64,000 nucleotides of DNA, from positions 256,001-320,000 of the forward strand of contig CAVTBR010000003.1 in assembly GCA_963733055.1 (NCBI GenBank), read 5' to 3'. This stretch comes from Candidatus Bathyarchaeota archaeon. Lineage in GTDB: Archaea; Thermoproteota; Bathyarchaeia; 40CM-2-53-6. This document shows, piece by piece, positions 41,737 through 52,595 of the stretch (position 1 is the first letter of the stretch; each line of letters begins with the position of its first letter). The notes under the pieces are model-generated. The model searched no databases and was not told where the DNA came from. It worked only from the letters and a program-made list of their open reading frames with translations. Both the position numbers and the translations under genes were made by a program.

Positions 41737-43912
41737 ATGCGCGCCCGCATCCTCATCCTCACACTACTAATCCTCATACCCTTCCTGCTCGTTCCCCGGG
41801 CGCAGGCACAAACCACCCCCCAATACGTAATCCTCTACGCCCACGGCTACGGCAGCTCAGCTACTCTCACCGCCCTCCCACAATCCAACACTCAGAAAGC
41901 TGCGGACCTAACGAACGGCATGGACTTTAAACTCAGCCCCGTTCTCGGTCAAGATTTGCAAATTCAAGGGCCGGTTACGTTCAACGTCTACCTTCGCGCC
42001 AGCGGTCCCTTTGTCGGGACAGTCGGGGCGCAGTTAGCCGAAGTCGCGCCGGGCGGGTTGGAAACGCTCGTACCAGGCGCCAGGGTTGATACATTAATCT
42101 ACTTGAACACCGCGATGATTCCCGTAACCCTCGGTGTTGGACCCGCGATCACATACAAATTCCACGCGGGATCATCGATATTACTTCACATAGGCATTGC
42201 ACAAACCTCGGGAACCGCTAAACCCCTCTTGGTTTGGGACGACGCGAGCGCCCCTACAAGTGTAAAGATCCCGACAGTGGCTCCAGCCGATGTCGAGATC
42301 AAATATTTTGGCCAGAGAAATTTCGGCAGAATATTTGAAGCGGGCGTCAACGGGACTCAAGCGGTTCGCGTCAACGCAACGCTCACCGATGCGATTGGAG
42401 TATATCGGTTTAGCTCCGCCGCACTACGATTTACGGAGCAGAATGGAAGTAGCATCAGCGTACCGCTAAACCCCAAGAACACGACAGATTACTCCACCAC
42501 ATACACTGTTGCCTCGGATTTCGGGGAGGGACAGTGGCAGGGGAGTTTGCTTTTGCATGACTCGAGTGGAAACGATTACTCGTTCACTCAACCGTTTTGG
42601 GTCACCCAGTTCTACCCCGTCTCGATTGTTGTCTTGGCCTCCGACGGATCAAGCCTTTCGAACGCTACGCTAACCGTAGGCTTTGACGCGGAATCATTAT
42701 GGAGGTCGGTAACGAACTCAAGTGGTTGGAGTGCGCTAACGCTACCGTCCACCCAGGTTGTAGGGCCACTGAATCTGACGGTCTCATGGCTCGGCACCGA
42801 ATCTCTATTTCCCCTCGAAGTCACAAACGCCACAACGGTAACACTTCAACTAACGGTGTACTCACCCAGCATCAGAATCACATTACTCAACATCCCCGTG
42901 CCGTTCGCTAACGTAAGCCTCTACCAGACTAGCGAGGTGCAGCACGTGTCGACTGGGTTAGATGGGACTGCAAAATTTAGAAGCATCCCCGCGGGTGACT
43001 ACGTCGCCCGCGTCGACTATCTCTTCACATCATATCAAGCTCCCTCACTTCACGTGGGTCAGAACGGAGTAACCATAATCCAAGTCCCATTTCCTCACCG
43101 GACCATTACAACTACGACCTCTATAGCAATTATCGCAATGGCGTCCGTAGTTTTGATCCGGAGAAAACGAGGCAAACTGTACCCGACAAACTTCAACTAC
43201 TTCGCAGAGTTGACACACGGCGGTTTACCTGAAGCGTGCTTTGTTGTAATCGCCGGAAATTCGGGTTCAGGCAAAACGGTTCTTCTCAACTGCCTCGCCG
43301 CAGAACACCTTGCAACGGGCAGCTCAATCTACATAACCAACACAGAATACCCGGACAAAATTCGTGACGGCATGATGAGGCTTGGAGTAGGAAACGTCCC
43401 CGAAGTGAAGAACCCAGCACGCTTGATGTTCATCGACGCTTACTCAGCCGTGGGTGGAGGGAGTTCGATGGAAGAATTCTCAGTGAATTCACACACCGAT
43501 CTAACAAACCTAGGGATGAGCATATCAAAATGCCTTCAAGTTGCCGGCACTCGCGCGGACATCTACATGGACTCACTGAACCCTCTGACCACAGCGCTCC
43601 GGATTGATTACGTAATCAACTTCCTTCAAACCGTAGCCGCACGAGTCAAAGCAAACAACGGAAAGCTCTGCATAACCGTTGGCGCTGGCATCGATGATCA
43701 TGATATGACGAAACTTGAAGAATCTGCCGACTGCGTGATCGAAACCCAACTCAACGAATCCGGAGGGGGACAACGAAGGCGACTGAGAATAAAGAAACTT
43801 CGAGGCAAACCCTACATCGATCGCTGGACGCAATTCCGCAGTCGAACAAGACAAAGGCATCGTCTTCCTCACGCGAACCAAACCAACCAACCCACCCATC
43901 TTGGCAATCTAA
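41737..43912 (+). CDS. receptor-like protein: extracellular Ig-like domains, TM helix, KaiC/RAD55 ATPase (+1 frameshift at 43840)
   Basis: Signal peptide, TM followed by RRKR, GNSGSGKT, FIDAYS, MDSL, ADCVIE, RIKKLRG; corrected end QFRVEQDKGIVF...LAI*. Confidence 0.85.
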
Positions 43913-44114
43913 AAGATCTTGGTCCCGAAGAATTAACTACTGCTCAGTTCGTGGCGTAATCAGATCTAATTCGGATTATCTATACGATCCTTTCGTCTGC
44001 CTGCTAGAATATGCTCTCCGACGGCTACTCGGAGAAGTACCTGGCTCCATGGAAAAACCGGTAACGTATGCCAAGCTTTAAGTTCAACTAAAAAATCGTA
44101 TTACTGGAATACAG

Positions 44115-44336
44115 TTGTACGTCGTGAAAGTTAAACAGAAAGGGCAGGTAACACTGCCTGCGGAGATACGGGACAAGATGCGAATCCAAGAGGGGTCCAT
44201 GCTTCAACTGGAGGAGATTGAGGGGGGCATCTTGCTGAGACCTGCAGCACCAATCAAGGCCGGAAAGGTGCGAGGGCCAGATGTCTACAAGAAAGTACTC
44301 AGTGAGCTTGATGAGTTGCGGAGAAACTGGCGTTGA
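44115..44336 (+). CDS. AbrB/MazE-type antitoxin
   Basis: VKVKQKGQVTLPAEIRDKMRI.EG. Confidence 0.9.
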   Translation: MYVVKVKQKGQVTLPAEIRDKMRIQEGSMLQLEEIEGGILLRPAAPIKAGKVRGPDVYKKVLSELDELRRNWR

Positions 44337-44728
44337 CTGGCGTTGCGGACACACGCCTGCTGCTCACGTTGGAATTCCCACCAAATGAAAAGATCAAGGG
44401 AGGTATAGAGAAACTTGTAGATAGGGAACTCTCGACACGACTTTTCGCTCCTTCAATAGTGCTCTCTGAATTCATCAAGATAGCGGGACGCAGGATAGGG
44501 GAGGAATCGGCCCTAGTGCGGATCAACCTACTCAAAGAAAGAGGCATGCGGGTTATTGCCGTAGACGAAGAAATGGCAATTGAAGCTGGGAAGACCCTAC
44601 TTACTACATCTGATGTACCGTTTGCTGAGGCTCTGATAGCCTCGCCGGTCAAGCTTGGTAAGGCGGATTATGTTGTTAGCGACGATCCACACTATGAGAA
44701 GATTGGAGTTGATTTGAAATGGATTTGA
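44333..44728 (+). CDS. PIN-domain (VapC-like) toxin
   Basis: VADT, VLSEF, FAEALI, VSDDPH; 4-nt overlap with the antitoxin. Confidence 0.88.
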   Translation: MTGVADTRLLLTLEFPPNEKIKGGIEKLVDRELSTRLFAPSIVLSEFIKIAGRRIGEESALVRINLLKERGMRVIAVDEEMAIEAGKTLLTTSDVPFAEALIASPVKLGKADYVVSDDPHYEKIGVDLKWI

Positions 44729-44821
44729 AGCACGTGCTTTGGGTAGAGTAACGTAGTCGTGTCATGTTCTGTGGAAGTAACGTTTTCGAGTTCAGTCCAA
44801 TATTCGATCGCTCATGACCGC

Positions 44822-47791
44822 CTATGTGTTGGCAAATTCCCGCGCGTTTCGCATTCCGCCGTCCTTTCGTTTCCGTTTGCCAGCCAAGAGGAGCAATCCG
44901 AATAGGAACCCGAGAATTATTCCTTCTACTGGGAAGCCGGGTATTGCGGGTATGCTTAGCTGAGTTGTGTATGATGCGACATATGTTCCCGGAGCGTTCA
45001 CGGTTAGCGGGCCTTGAGAGGTTCCTCCGGTGGAGTTTCGCCAGCCAGTGAATTTGTAGCTCTCGATTCCGGCCACGATTGTTTGGTTTAGTGATGGGTT
45101 GATTGCTGCGCCTTTCTCGACCCAGGCTTGGTAGTTTGCGTTCGCGGGTAAGGTGTAGGAAGCGTTGTTGAGATTTAGTGTAAGGACTGTAGAGTTGGGT
45201 AATCCACTAGCCGCGAGTGTCACTAAGTATTGTGTGCTCCATTGTGCAGTGATGGTCTTCGCTGAATTTACGCGTAGGGTCACGTTGTTTGATAGACCGG
45301 AAAGGTCGCCGGTCCAGCCGGTGAATGTTCTGCGGGTTGCGTTCGTGTAAGTGATTTGGGAGGGGACACTGATCGCCGCCTGTGTTCCCGCGTCATACCA
45401 GCCGGCGCCGATTGGGGAGCCGTATTGTGATTGTAGTGTGAGTAGATATTGCGTCTTCCACGCGGCTAACAGCCTTGTAGGGGAATTGACTGTAATTTGC
45501 GCTGTAGGGTTATGCCCTAGCGTTGTGGAGTTCCAGCCGTTGAATATCATACGTGTCCCATTCGCATATTGGACAGTGGATTGAACTCCAACTGTGACGA
45601 CGGTGCCGGAGTTATACCAACCTTGACCGCTCGGTGAACCGGTTGGTGAAATTATTGTTACGTAATATTGCTTGATCCAGTTCGCTTGCAGAGTTACTGG
45701 TTTACTCATCGTTACGCTCAGTGAGGTTGAGTTCGAGGCGAGGTCCCCGCTCCAAGAAGAGAACATGAACCTGGAGGCGTTGACGGTAACGTTCGAGGGG
45801 TTGTTGGCGGATACGGTTACGGTCGCGTTAGGTTTGTACCAGGCACTTGGTGTTGTGGTTCCGCCGTTCTGGTTTATGGCTAGCAGGTATTGGGTTGCGT
45901 AAAATGCTTGGAGGACGGTACCTGAGGTTACTGTGACTTGCCTTGGGTTGGCAGTGCTCCCGTCTCCCCATCCAGTGAAACTTTGCCTGACACCCTGGGA
46001 CGTGTTCACTGCTTGCTCAATCTGGACGGTTATTGTTCCGTTCGGGACGCTGGTTTGGAATTGACTTGAAGTTATGTTATACTTTGCACCGTTGATGAGC
46101 ACCCAAACGTTTCCCGTAACGGATACGTTGAGCGGAATGTTGATTGTCAGTGTTGGTCCGACGTTCAACGTGAACGTTGATACGTTATTGGCGCGGTTTG
46201 TATCGTTGATTGTGTTGCCGGGGTCGATTGTTATTTTGAACGTGTGGCTTCCCGCCGTTGAGACCCATGTGAAAGTTGTGGGCGTTGTTGCTCCGGCGCC
46301 TACGGTGACCGTGACGTTAGTGTAGGGTTGTGTGTCGAGGTTTACTGCGACTGGGACATTGTTCGCTGCCTGTGTGCCGTAGTTTGCGATTTGTATGGTA
46401 ATCGTTACCGTTGTGTTGGGGACGGTGATTACTTGTGGTTGGGCTGAAACGCTTGCGATGGCTAAGTCGATGTATGTCTGGTTCTGTTGCTGAATCGGTG
46501 GAGGCTGTCCTCCGCCTCTGTTCACGCTCACTTGGAATGAGTTACCCGTCTGACCCGTGACCGTTACGGACAAACCATTTGCGGTATCGGTGAATGTTTG
46601 CCCGACACTCCATGTAGCCTCATTTAGTTGCGATACACTCGGGTGGCCATTAATGACCCTCACCTTACCAATCAGCTGCGTACTGTCTACGTAAAGTATC
46701 AGCACCCCAGCCGCTGGGAGGCCTGAGTCGTAACCCGTCCCCGATCTAACCTCAATCAAATAATACTTGCTCGCCGGCACGCCAGTACCCAACGGTACCT
46801 CAACGGCGTGAACGCTACTGCTCGCAACCTCAGTAGGAATTATCGTGAAAGTGGACGTCACTCCGCTACTCGCTGTTGTGACCATCGACCCGCTCATAAA
46901 TCCTAATTGTAATTTTGACCAAGCGTCCATGTGCGATGGGCTTGAGCCCGGTGGGTTACCATTCCACAAGCCCTTATCCATCAAAGACCATGGGCCCATG
47001 ATAGTCTGACCTGTATTCGTATTGTAGAGATCAGGAAGACCTAATTGATGACCGAACTCATGGCAGTAGACTCCCAGCGGAACAGCTCCTCCTGCCTCCA
47101 TTTCTGGGACGATATTGAATTTTGTTAACGTTATTCCGTTCGAACAAGCGGTTGGGGTTGGTCGCACGTATACCCCACCCAGGTAAGTAACTGACCAGAC
47201 GTCGTCCTTAACGCCGCTCGACTCTTCCCCGTTCCCCGAATGCAAGAAGATGAAATAGTCGTAGTTTGCGAAGTTAATGTCCTTACACGCGAGATTGTAT
47301 GCGTCCTGCGCTATTTGCCACGACGCATCTTGGCCATCGCATCCCGCGTCATCTATAGCAAGGCAATCCTTTCCATAGTGGGCCTCAGCGTAGGGAAGCT
47401 TGTACCATCCGAAAACGTCACCCGTTATCGTGACTTTTCCATACGAGTCCTCAAGATAGTAGGAAGCCACCGATTGGCTGGAACCGAAATATTCCGACCT
47501 GATCTTGCTCGTGCTAACTGAAAAATTAATGTCAGTGAAGTAAGATGCGATTATCGCGAGCTTCAAAGTACCCGAAATCGGCGCCGGGTTAGCAACATAC
47601 CCAAGGGTTGGAACAGGTAGAGGCATGGCCGGTAGCGGAGTTGAATTTGACTTAGTCGATAATGCGGGTTCGTATACGGCCGTCGGGCGAATAGTCGTGG
47701 CGGCTGCCACGTGTGAACCGCTTGGTACGAAGACAAGCGCGAAGAGAACGAGTGCGACCACGATAATCTTCCGTACGATTTCTAATGCCAT
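44822..47791 (-). CDS. M6 (immune inhibitor A) metalloprotease with CARDB and repeat domains and PGF-CTERM anchor
   Basis: HEFGHQLGLPDLY, WSLM..G.WNG, YYLIE, IDP.NTI.DTN.ANN, W.TQY repeats, C-terminal IPGF-TM-KRKRK; ATG 47791. Confidence 0.9.
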   Translation of the reverse strand: MALEIVRKIIVVALVLFALVFVPSGSHVAAATTIRPTAVYEPALSTKSNSTPLPAMPLPVPTLGYVANPAPISGTLKLAIIASYFTDINFSVSTSKIRSEYFGSSQSVASYYLEDSYGKVTITGDVFGWYKLPYAEAHYGKDCLAIDDAGCDGQDASWQIAQDAYNLACKDINFANYDYFIFLHSGNGEESSGVKDDVWSVTYLGGVYVRPTPTACSNGITLTKFNIVPEMEAGGAVPLGVYCHEFGHQLGLPDLYNTNTGQTIMGPWSLMDKGLWNGNPPGSSPSHMDAWSKLQLGFMSGSMVTTASSGVTSTFTIIPTEVASSSVHAVEVPLGTGVPASKYYLIEVRSGTGYDSGLPAAGVLILYVDSTQLIGKVRVINGHPSVSQLNEATWSVGQTFTDTANGLSVTVTGQTGNSFQVSVNRGGGQPPPIQQQNQTYIDLAIASVSAQPQVITVPNTTVTITIQIANYGTQAANNVPVAVNLDTQPYTNVTVTVGAGATTPTTFTWVSTAGSHTFKITIDPGNTINDTNRANNVSTFTLNVGPTLTINIPLNVSVTGNVWVLINGAKYNITSSQFQTSVPNGTITVQIEQAVNTSQGVRQSFTGWGDGSTANPRQVTVTSGTVLQAFYATQYLLAINQNGGTTTPSAWYKPNATVTVSANNPSNVTVNASRFMFSSWSGDLASNSTSLSVTMSKPVTLQANWIKQYYVTIISPTGSPSGQGWYNSGTVVTVGVQSTVQYANGTRMIFNGWNSTTLGHNPTAQITVNSPTRLLAAWKTQYLLTLQSQYGSPIGAGWYDAGTQAAISVPSQITYTNATRRTFTGWTGDLSGLSNNVTLRVNSAKTITAQWSTQYLVTLAASGLPNSTVLTLNLNNASYTLPANANYQAWVEKGAAINPSLNQTIVAGIESYKFTGWRNSTGGTSQGPLTVNAPGTYVASYTTQLSIPAIPGFPVEGIILGFLFGLLLLAGKRKRKDGGMRNAREFANT

Positions 47792-49816
47792 AGTCTCGCC
47801 GACCGAAGAGATAAGAGACGTGCAGGCGCGACGAAGATGGAGTGTTGGAGTGTGGCTACGAGGCTTTGCAATGCAGCAACGCTTGAGCTCAGGAAGATTA
47901 AGGCTAGTGAGATGGCCCAAACAATTGCAAGAGGGGTCAGGGTCTTGATGTTTGGTTGGCGTTTTGTTCTTGCTGATCGGTAGAACATTGCGACCGCGCT
48001 GACTGGGAGGACGTAGATCAGGCCAATGAACAGGCTTCCCAGTAGATAACCCGCTATTGGGGATCCGCCTGGGACGATAAACGCCGCTAGCAAATATCCG
48101 AACTTTGCCAGGGTTGCGGTGAGGCTGATCATCGGTGTCAGTTGCGGAATACTCCTTCCGATCATTAAACCATTACTCAAGAAAACAGAGGAGAGATCTG
48201 CATTGACCGTCATCGGTGTCGGAACTTGGTTTGATTTCAAACCAATGGCCGGAGCGCTACTAGGCGAGGCAGAGTACATCAGCCAAATGGTAATTGGTTG
48301 TGTGACATCAACGATTCCGCCAAATGTCTGGTTGTCCGCGCGGAGTTCCGAGAATGAGTAGTTCCCGGTCGGGGCCTGAACATGCTGATTTTGAACTGTA
48401 ATGGTCAACTGTTGATTCGCATCGACCCATTCCGTGATCGGGGTCGGGCCGGTGAGGGTGACTGGCTGATCACCGACGAGCACGTTTGTGCTGGCGTTCG
48501 CGGGTAACCCCGGTGCGCTTATGCTGAGGGCGTACTGCGTTTTCCATTCTGCGGTCACCTGCTTCCCAGAGTTCATAATCAACCACCCTCCGGGTGAAGT
48601 GGAATTCGAATCCCCATTCCACTGCAAAAAGACACGCCTAGTCCCGTTTCCAAAATCAAGAGTGCGATTACTCACAGTGAAAGTAGCGTTTGCCCCGGCC
48701 AAATACCAACCCGAACCTTGCGGGGCTCCGTAAGGGCTGTTGACGTTAAGCGCGTATTGATCGGTATACTTCGCCGTAATATCCAATGATGAGTTCATGA
48801 CAACTCTAAGCGGATTTGATTTTCCAAATTTGCCCCAATCAGAGAAGGTCAACTTCGAATTGTCGGGCCCGGGAATGTCCGACGGAACCTGCAAGGTTAT
48901 CCCTCCTCCAGGCACCGAGGCAGAGAGAACTCCCTTCTGGTTGGCTTGAAACGGGAACCCATCCACCGACACCATCAGATTCGGTACCCCGGTTCTTACG
49001 GTAACTTGATTTACGAAGTCACCTAACCGCCAACGTGCGTTTACGCTGATCCCGTTGAGTTTCAGGTAATCGTTCAACCGAAGCTGATGTTCAATGATAA
49101 CATGCGATGCGTCGCTGTTCTGCATGTAGAGAATCGCAAAATAATAGTTGCCTGCGGCATCTGTAAGGAGAGACCAGACTTCGTTGTAATCATTGGCACC
49201 GGTAAAGTATTGGTTGTAGAGCGGGTAGATCGTTAGTGCGTTTGTTCCATTCAGCCACGTACCGGACGTTGATGTGAGGTATAGCTGCGGGCCGAGCGCA
49301 GAGAGACCGTTCGTAACCTTAGCAACGGCTGGGATGCTTAGTTTCGGAAGTACTGGGGGACTCGCGGCTACCGTTCGATTGTAGACATGCTGAATGCCTT
49401 GAAACGTCCAAACCTGAATGTTGTTGGAAGCGTAGTCGTACCAGCGTAAGATGAACGGTTCGTTTGTGGAGTTGGTTAGGTAGAGAAAGCCTATCCGGAA
49501 GTTGGTCGCGGTGACGTTGACTAAGAAGAATATGTACTCTTTACCAGTGGGCCATTGAGATGTCACGTATCCCCAAGGCGTTAATCCCATCGATAGGTAA
49601 TCGTTTGCCGACAAAGTGCCACCCTGTGGTGAAATGCGGAGCGTGTACGCGCTCTGCCGTTCCGCCGGCATAGAAGTCCAGAAGCTGGTTCTGCCCCGGT
49701 GTCCCTGGTGAAGGGATGGTAAGATAGGCTTGTGCGCCGACGTACGGAAGTATGCTACCGAGCAGCATCAATGCGAACAGTAAACCGAAACAAACCTTTG
49801 GAGTCCTAACGCCCAT
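47782..49816 (-). CDS. secreted multidomain surface protein with C-terminal multi-TM region (+1 frameshift near 49657)
   Basis: Signal peptide in ORF 49541-49816 joins ORF 47782-49671 (DFYAGGTQSAYTLR); SPYG..QGSGWY and WKTQY repeats. Confidence 0.75.
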
Positions 49817-50007
49817 ACCTATTGCCTGGAGTCATTTCCGAACTCGCTCAGACATCGGTAGGCATGTACCTTACCCACTTCTCTCGTTAAATGTCCATGC
49901 CGCAAATGCCGCGGCAATTGCCATGTCCATGTGCAGCTATCCCAAACTGATAGAAACCGTTGCACAACCTTTATTGGAACTTTCCAAGGTTAACCTAGTG
50001 ACGTGCC

Positions 50008-50487
50008 ATGAAGCCGACCCGGTACCTTCTCTTAGCGGGACTGACGATCGGAATGTTACTTCTAGGTACGGAACTGGCTAGTGTTAGCGCACAGCCGCAC
50101 GTCCAACAGGTATGGGGTGCGGGTGGCGGAGAAATCGTCGGCGCGGTTTATGGCATGACGTGGGATGATCAGCTTACCCCCATAGCGTGGGCTACAGTGA
50201 ACACGAACAACGGACGAACTACATTCGTAGCCTACAGTAGCGGAGGCGGCGATTACCAAATGTACCTCCCCCAAGGAACGTATAACGTCACAGTCGTCCA
50301 ACCAGGTTACGTACCGCAAAGTAGCGCCGTAGCCGTTGCACCTGGATCAGCGAGCACCATAAACTGGTATCTGGAAGAATCACACGTCCCAGTACCCGAG
50401 TTCCCATCAGGAATGGCATCAGCTATAGCCATCCTCGCGTTGGCCGCAGTCCTTGTCGCTGCGAGACGGACCAAACGCACGAAGTAA
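50008..50487 (+). CDS. small PEF-CTERM surface protein
   Basis: Signal peptide, one carboxypeptidase-regulatory-like domain, VPVPEF-TM-RRTKR; TTTATT at 49970. Confidence 0.87.
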   Translation: MKPTRYLLLAGLTIGMLLLGTELASVSAQPHVQQVWGAGGGEIVGAVYGMTWDDQLTPIAWATVNTNNGRTTFVAYSSGGGDYQMYLPQGTYNVTVVQPGYVPQSSAVAVAPGSASTINWYLEESHVPVPEFPSGMASAIAILALAAVLVAARRTKRTK

Positions 50488-50686
50488 ACCCCCACCTCTC
50501 CCACTCGTCTCTTCGTGGAGAATATGCCGCATTCACGAGGATTTCGTTGAACCGGGCGACGGAAACTTGATTCGTCGCAGAAACACAATTCGCACCCGCA
50601 CTACGCGTCGCTGGGCGACATCACACTCCCTTCAGTCTGTAGAATCCAGCAAGATTGATAATGCCCAAGCGTCGAGAATTGGGAGT

Positions 50687-51232
50687 ATGGAACCTAGCGC
50701 TTTTCACAAGGCTGCGGCTTTCGAGATCCTGAGGTTTCTTGGGATCACTTCCGCGATAGCTCTTGCATTCTACTATATCCCCAATTACTGGTTCCTAGAG
50801 AACATTACCGCCCAACACTCCGCCCTAGTGATGAACATGATTGGGATGAGGGCCACGGTTTGGTATCAGGGAGGCGAAGTTTTCGTAAACCAGTTTGATG
50901 TCCAGAGAATGTGCACCGGAGTACAAGTAATCGCTGTCTTTCTCGGAATCATCGTTGCACTTCCCAAAACCGCATTGAAGAAGAAAGTTCTAGCATTCGG
51001 GATCATAGCCATCAGCGTCTATCTCGCGAACATCGGAAGAATCGTTCTCGAGATCTGGCTACTATACAGCGGTACCCTACCCTGGTCGCTCGCCCATTAT
51101 CCAACCGGACTCATCCTGGGAGTTTTTGCCGTTGCTTTCCTGGTTGTTGTAGCGGATCATTTCATGCCCGCCATTGGTGACATGGCGCTCTCGGCGCTCG
51201 ATGGGTTCAGGAAACCAACATCGTCAAAGTAG
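50687..51232 (+). CDS. Cys-type archaeosortase/exosortase family protein
   Basis: MCTGVQ, ANIGRI, LAHY (Cys-Arg-His triad); ATG 50687. Confidence 0.88.
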   Translation: MEPSAFHKAAAFEILRFLGITSAIALAFYYIPNYWFLENITAQHSALVMNMIGMRATVWYQGGEVFVNQFDVQRMCTGVQVIAVFLGIIVALPKTALKKKVLAFGIIAISVYLANIGRIVLEIWLLYSGTLPWSLAHYPTGLILGVFAVAFLVVVADHFMPAIGDMALSALDGFRKPTSSK

Positions 51233-51394
51233 CTCTGCCAGATCGAAGGTCGCGGTTCAATCAATCCGTCCGTCGTCAGCACGGCCATAGCAGTGCATGA
51301 TTGACAAGAGCGTGCGTGTTCAATTCATATAATATTCCGTCCGGTTTAGCGATTAGGTCATGGTTAGTCGCATAGAAATGCTGGAATTGATTAC

Positions 51395-52561
51395 ATGGTA
51401 AGAACGCAATCGATCTTGCTCATCATACTTGTCGCGTTGGCCCTGAGCCCGGTTGCCGTGGCCGTTTCGGCGTCGCCTAACCTTGGGCTGTTGCGAGTTG
51501 CGAGTTTTCTATGTCCTCGCCAGGTGGCACCGGGAGCCACTTTTCCAGTGAGTTTAGATGCGCAGTACGCAATTCAAGGTTTGCCGAACAGCGCAACAAT
51601 TCGCGGCGCAATTTACCCCGGGAACGATAACTCTTCCAGTCCATTATGGCAGAGCGATCCAACGTCGGTTTCGAATGGGGGCGATCAGGTTTGGAATATC
51701 ACCCTCACCGCGCCTCCAACTGAAGGATTCCTAAACCTCACCGCTTACGCCCTGTTCCTTGACAACGGAACTTGGAGATTCTTCAACGACCCAGTCAGTG
51801 GACCGGGCGTTAGCCATTCAACTATCAAAATTGGAAAAACCGCAAATCTCAACATAATTCTCGGCGCACCGAACGTCCCCGTAACCATCGACACCACAAC
51901 CGTCCAAACATCAGCTAACGGCGAAGCAAGCCTTCAGGTCGCGGTAGGTACCAGCCCTCTCGTGGATGTCCCGCCTACTGTGGAATTTCAGAATTCAACC
52001 CGAATCGTCTTCGTCCAATGGAGTGACGGCATTACTCAACCTCAACGCCACGTCCTGATCGACGGCGACATTACCCTTAGCCCTAATTACAAAACGCAAT
52101 ACCTTCTGAGGCTTACCACATCCAATTCAACCACTGATGCTTGGTACGATAAGGGGTCAAACGCGACGTTAACGGCTCCAGCGTCGGGTTCGGGTTCCTG
52201 GCCTCTGAATCTTTTCGGTGTCACTCAGACCTTCTCAGGTTGGGGCGGTGATGTTCACTCGTCGATTCCACGGCTGAACGTTACGATGGATTCACCAAAG
52301 ACAATAACCGCAAGTTACGCTGCCGATTACCTACCTCTTGCTGTACCAGTTGTATTCGGAGTTGGGATCGCCATTATCCTAATCGGCGTAGTCTTGGTGA
52401 TGCGACGAAGATCAAGCGTGGTGGCGCCTCCAGCAGAGGAACCCGTTCAGGCCACAGTCGAGGAGACGGTGGAAAAACAGACCCCCCCGACGTGTCCAAA
52501 TTGCGGACAAGAAACCGAACCAGAATGGGCGCATTGCATTAAATGCGGAACCAAACTATGA
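51395..52561 (+). CDS. surface protein with TM helix and cytoplasmic Zn ribbon
   Basis: Signal peptide, FVQWSDG / YKTQY / WY repeat, TM followed by RRR, CPNCG...HCIKCG. Confidence 0.8.
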   Translation: MVRTQSILLIILVALALSPVAVAVSASPNLGLLRVASFLCPRQVAPGATFPVSLDAQYAIQGLPNSATIRGAIYPGNDNSSSPLWQSDPTSVSNGGDQVWNITLTAPPTEGFLNLTAYALFLDNGTWRFFNDPVSGPGVSHSTIKIGKTANLNIILGAPNVPVTIDTTTVQTSANGEASLQVAVGTSPLVDVPPTVEFQNSTRIVFVQWSDGITQPQRHVLIDGDITLSPNYKTQYLLRLTTSNSTTDAWYDKGSNATLTAPASGSGSWPLNLFGVTQTFSGWGGDVHSSIPRLNVTMDSPKTITASYAADYLPLAVPVVFGVGIAIILIGVVLVMRRRSSVVAPPAEEPVQATVEETVEKQTPPTCPNCGQETEPEWAHCIKCGTKL

Positions 52562-52595
52562 AGCCGGGTCTTCGGGGTACGATCGCCCGAGATCG

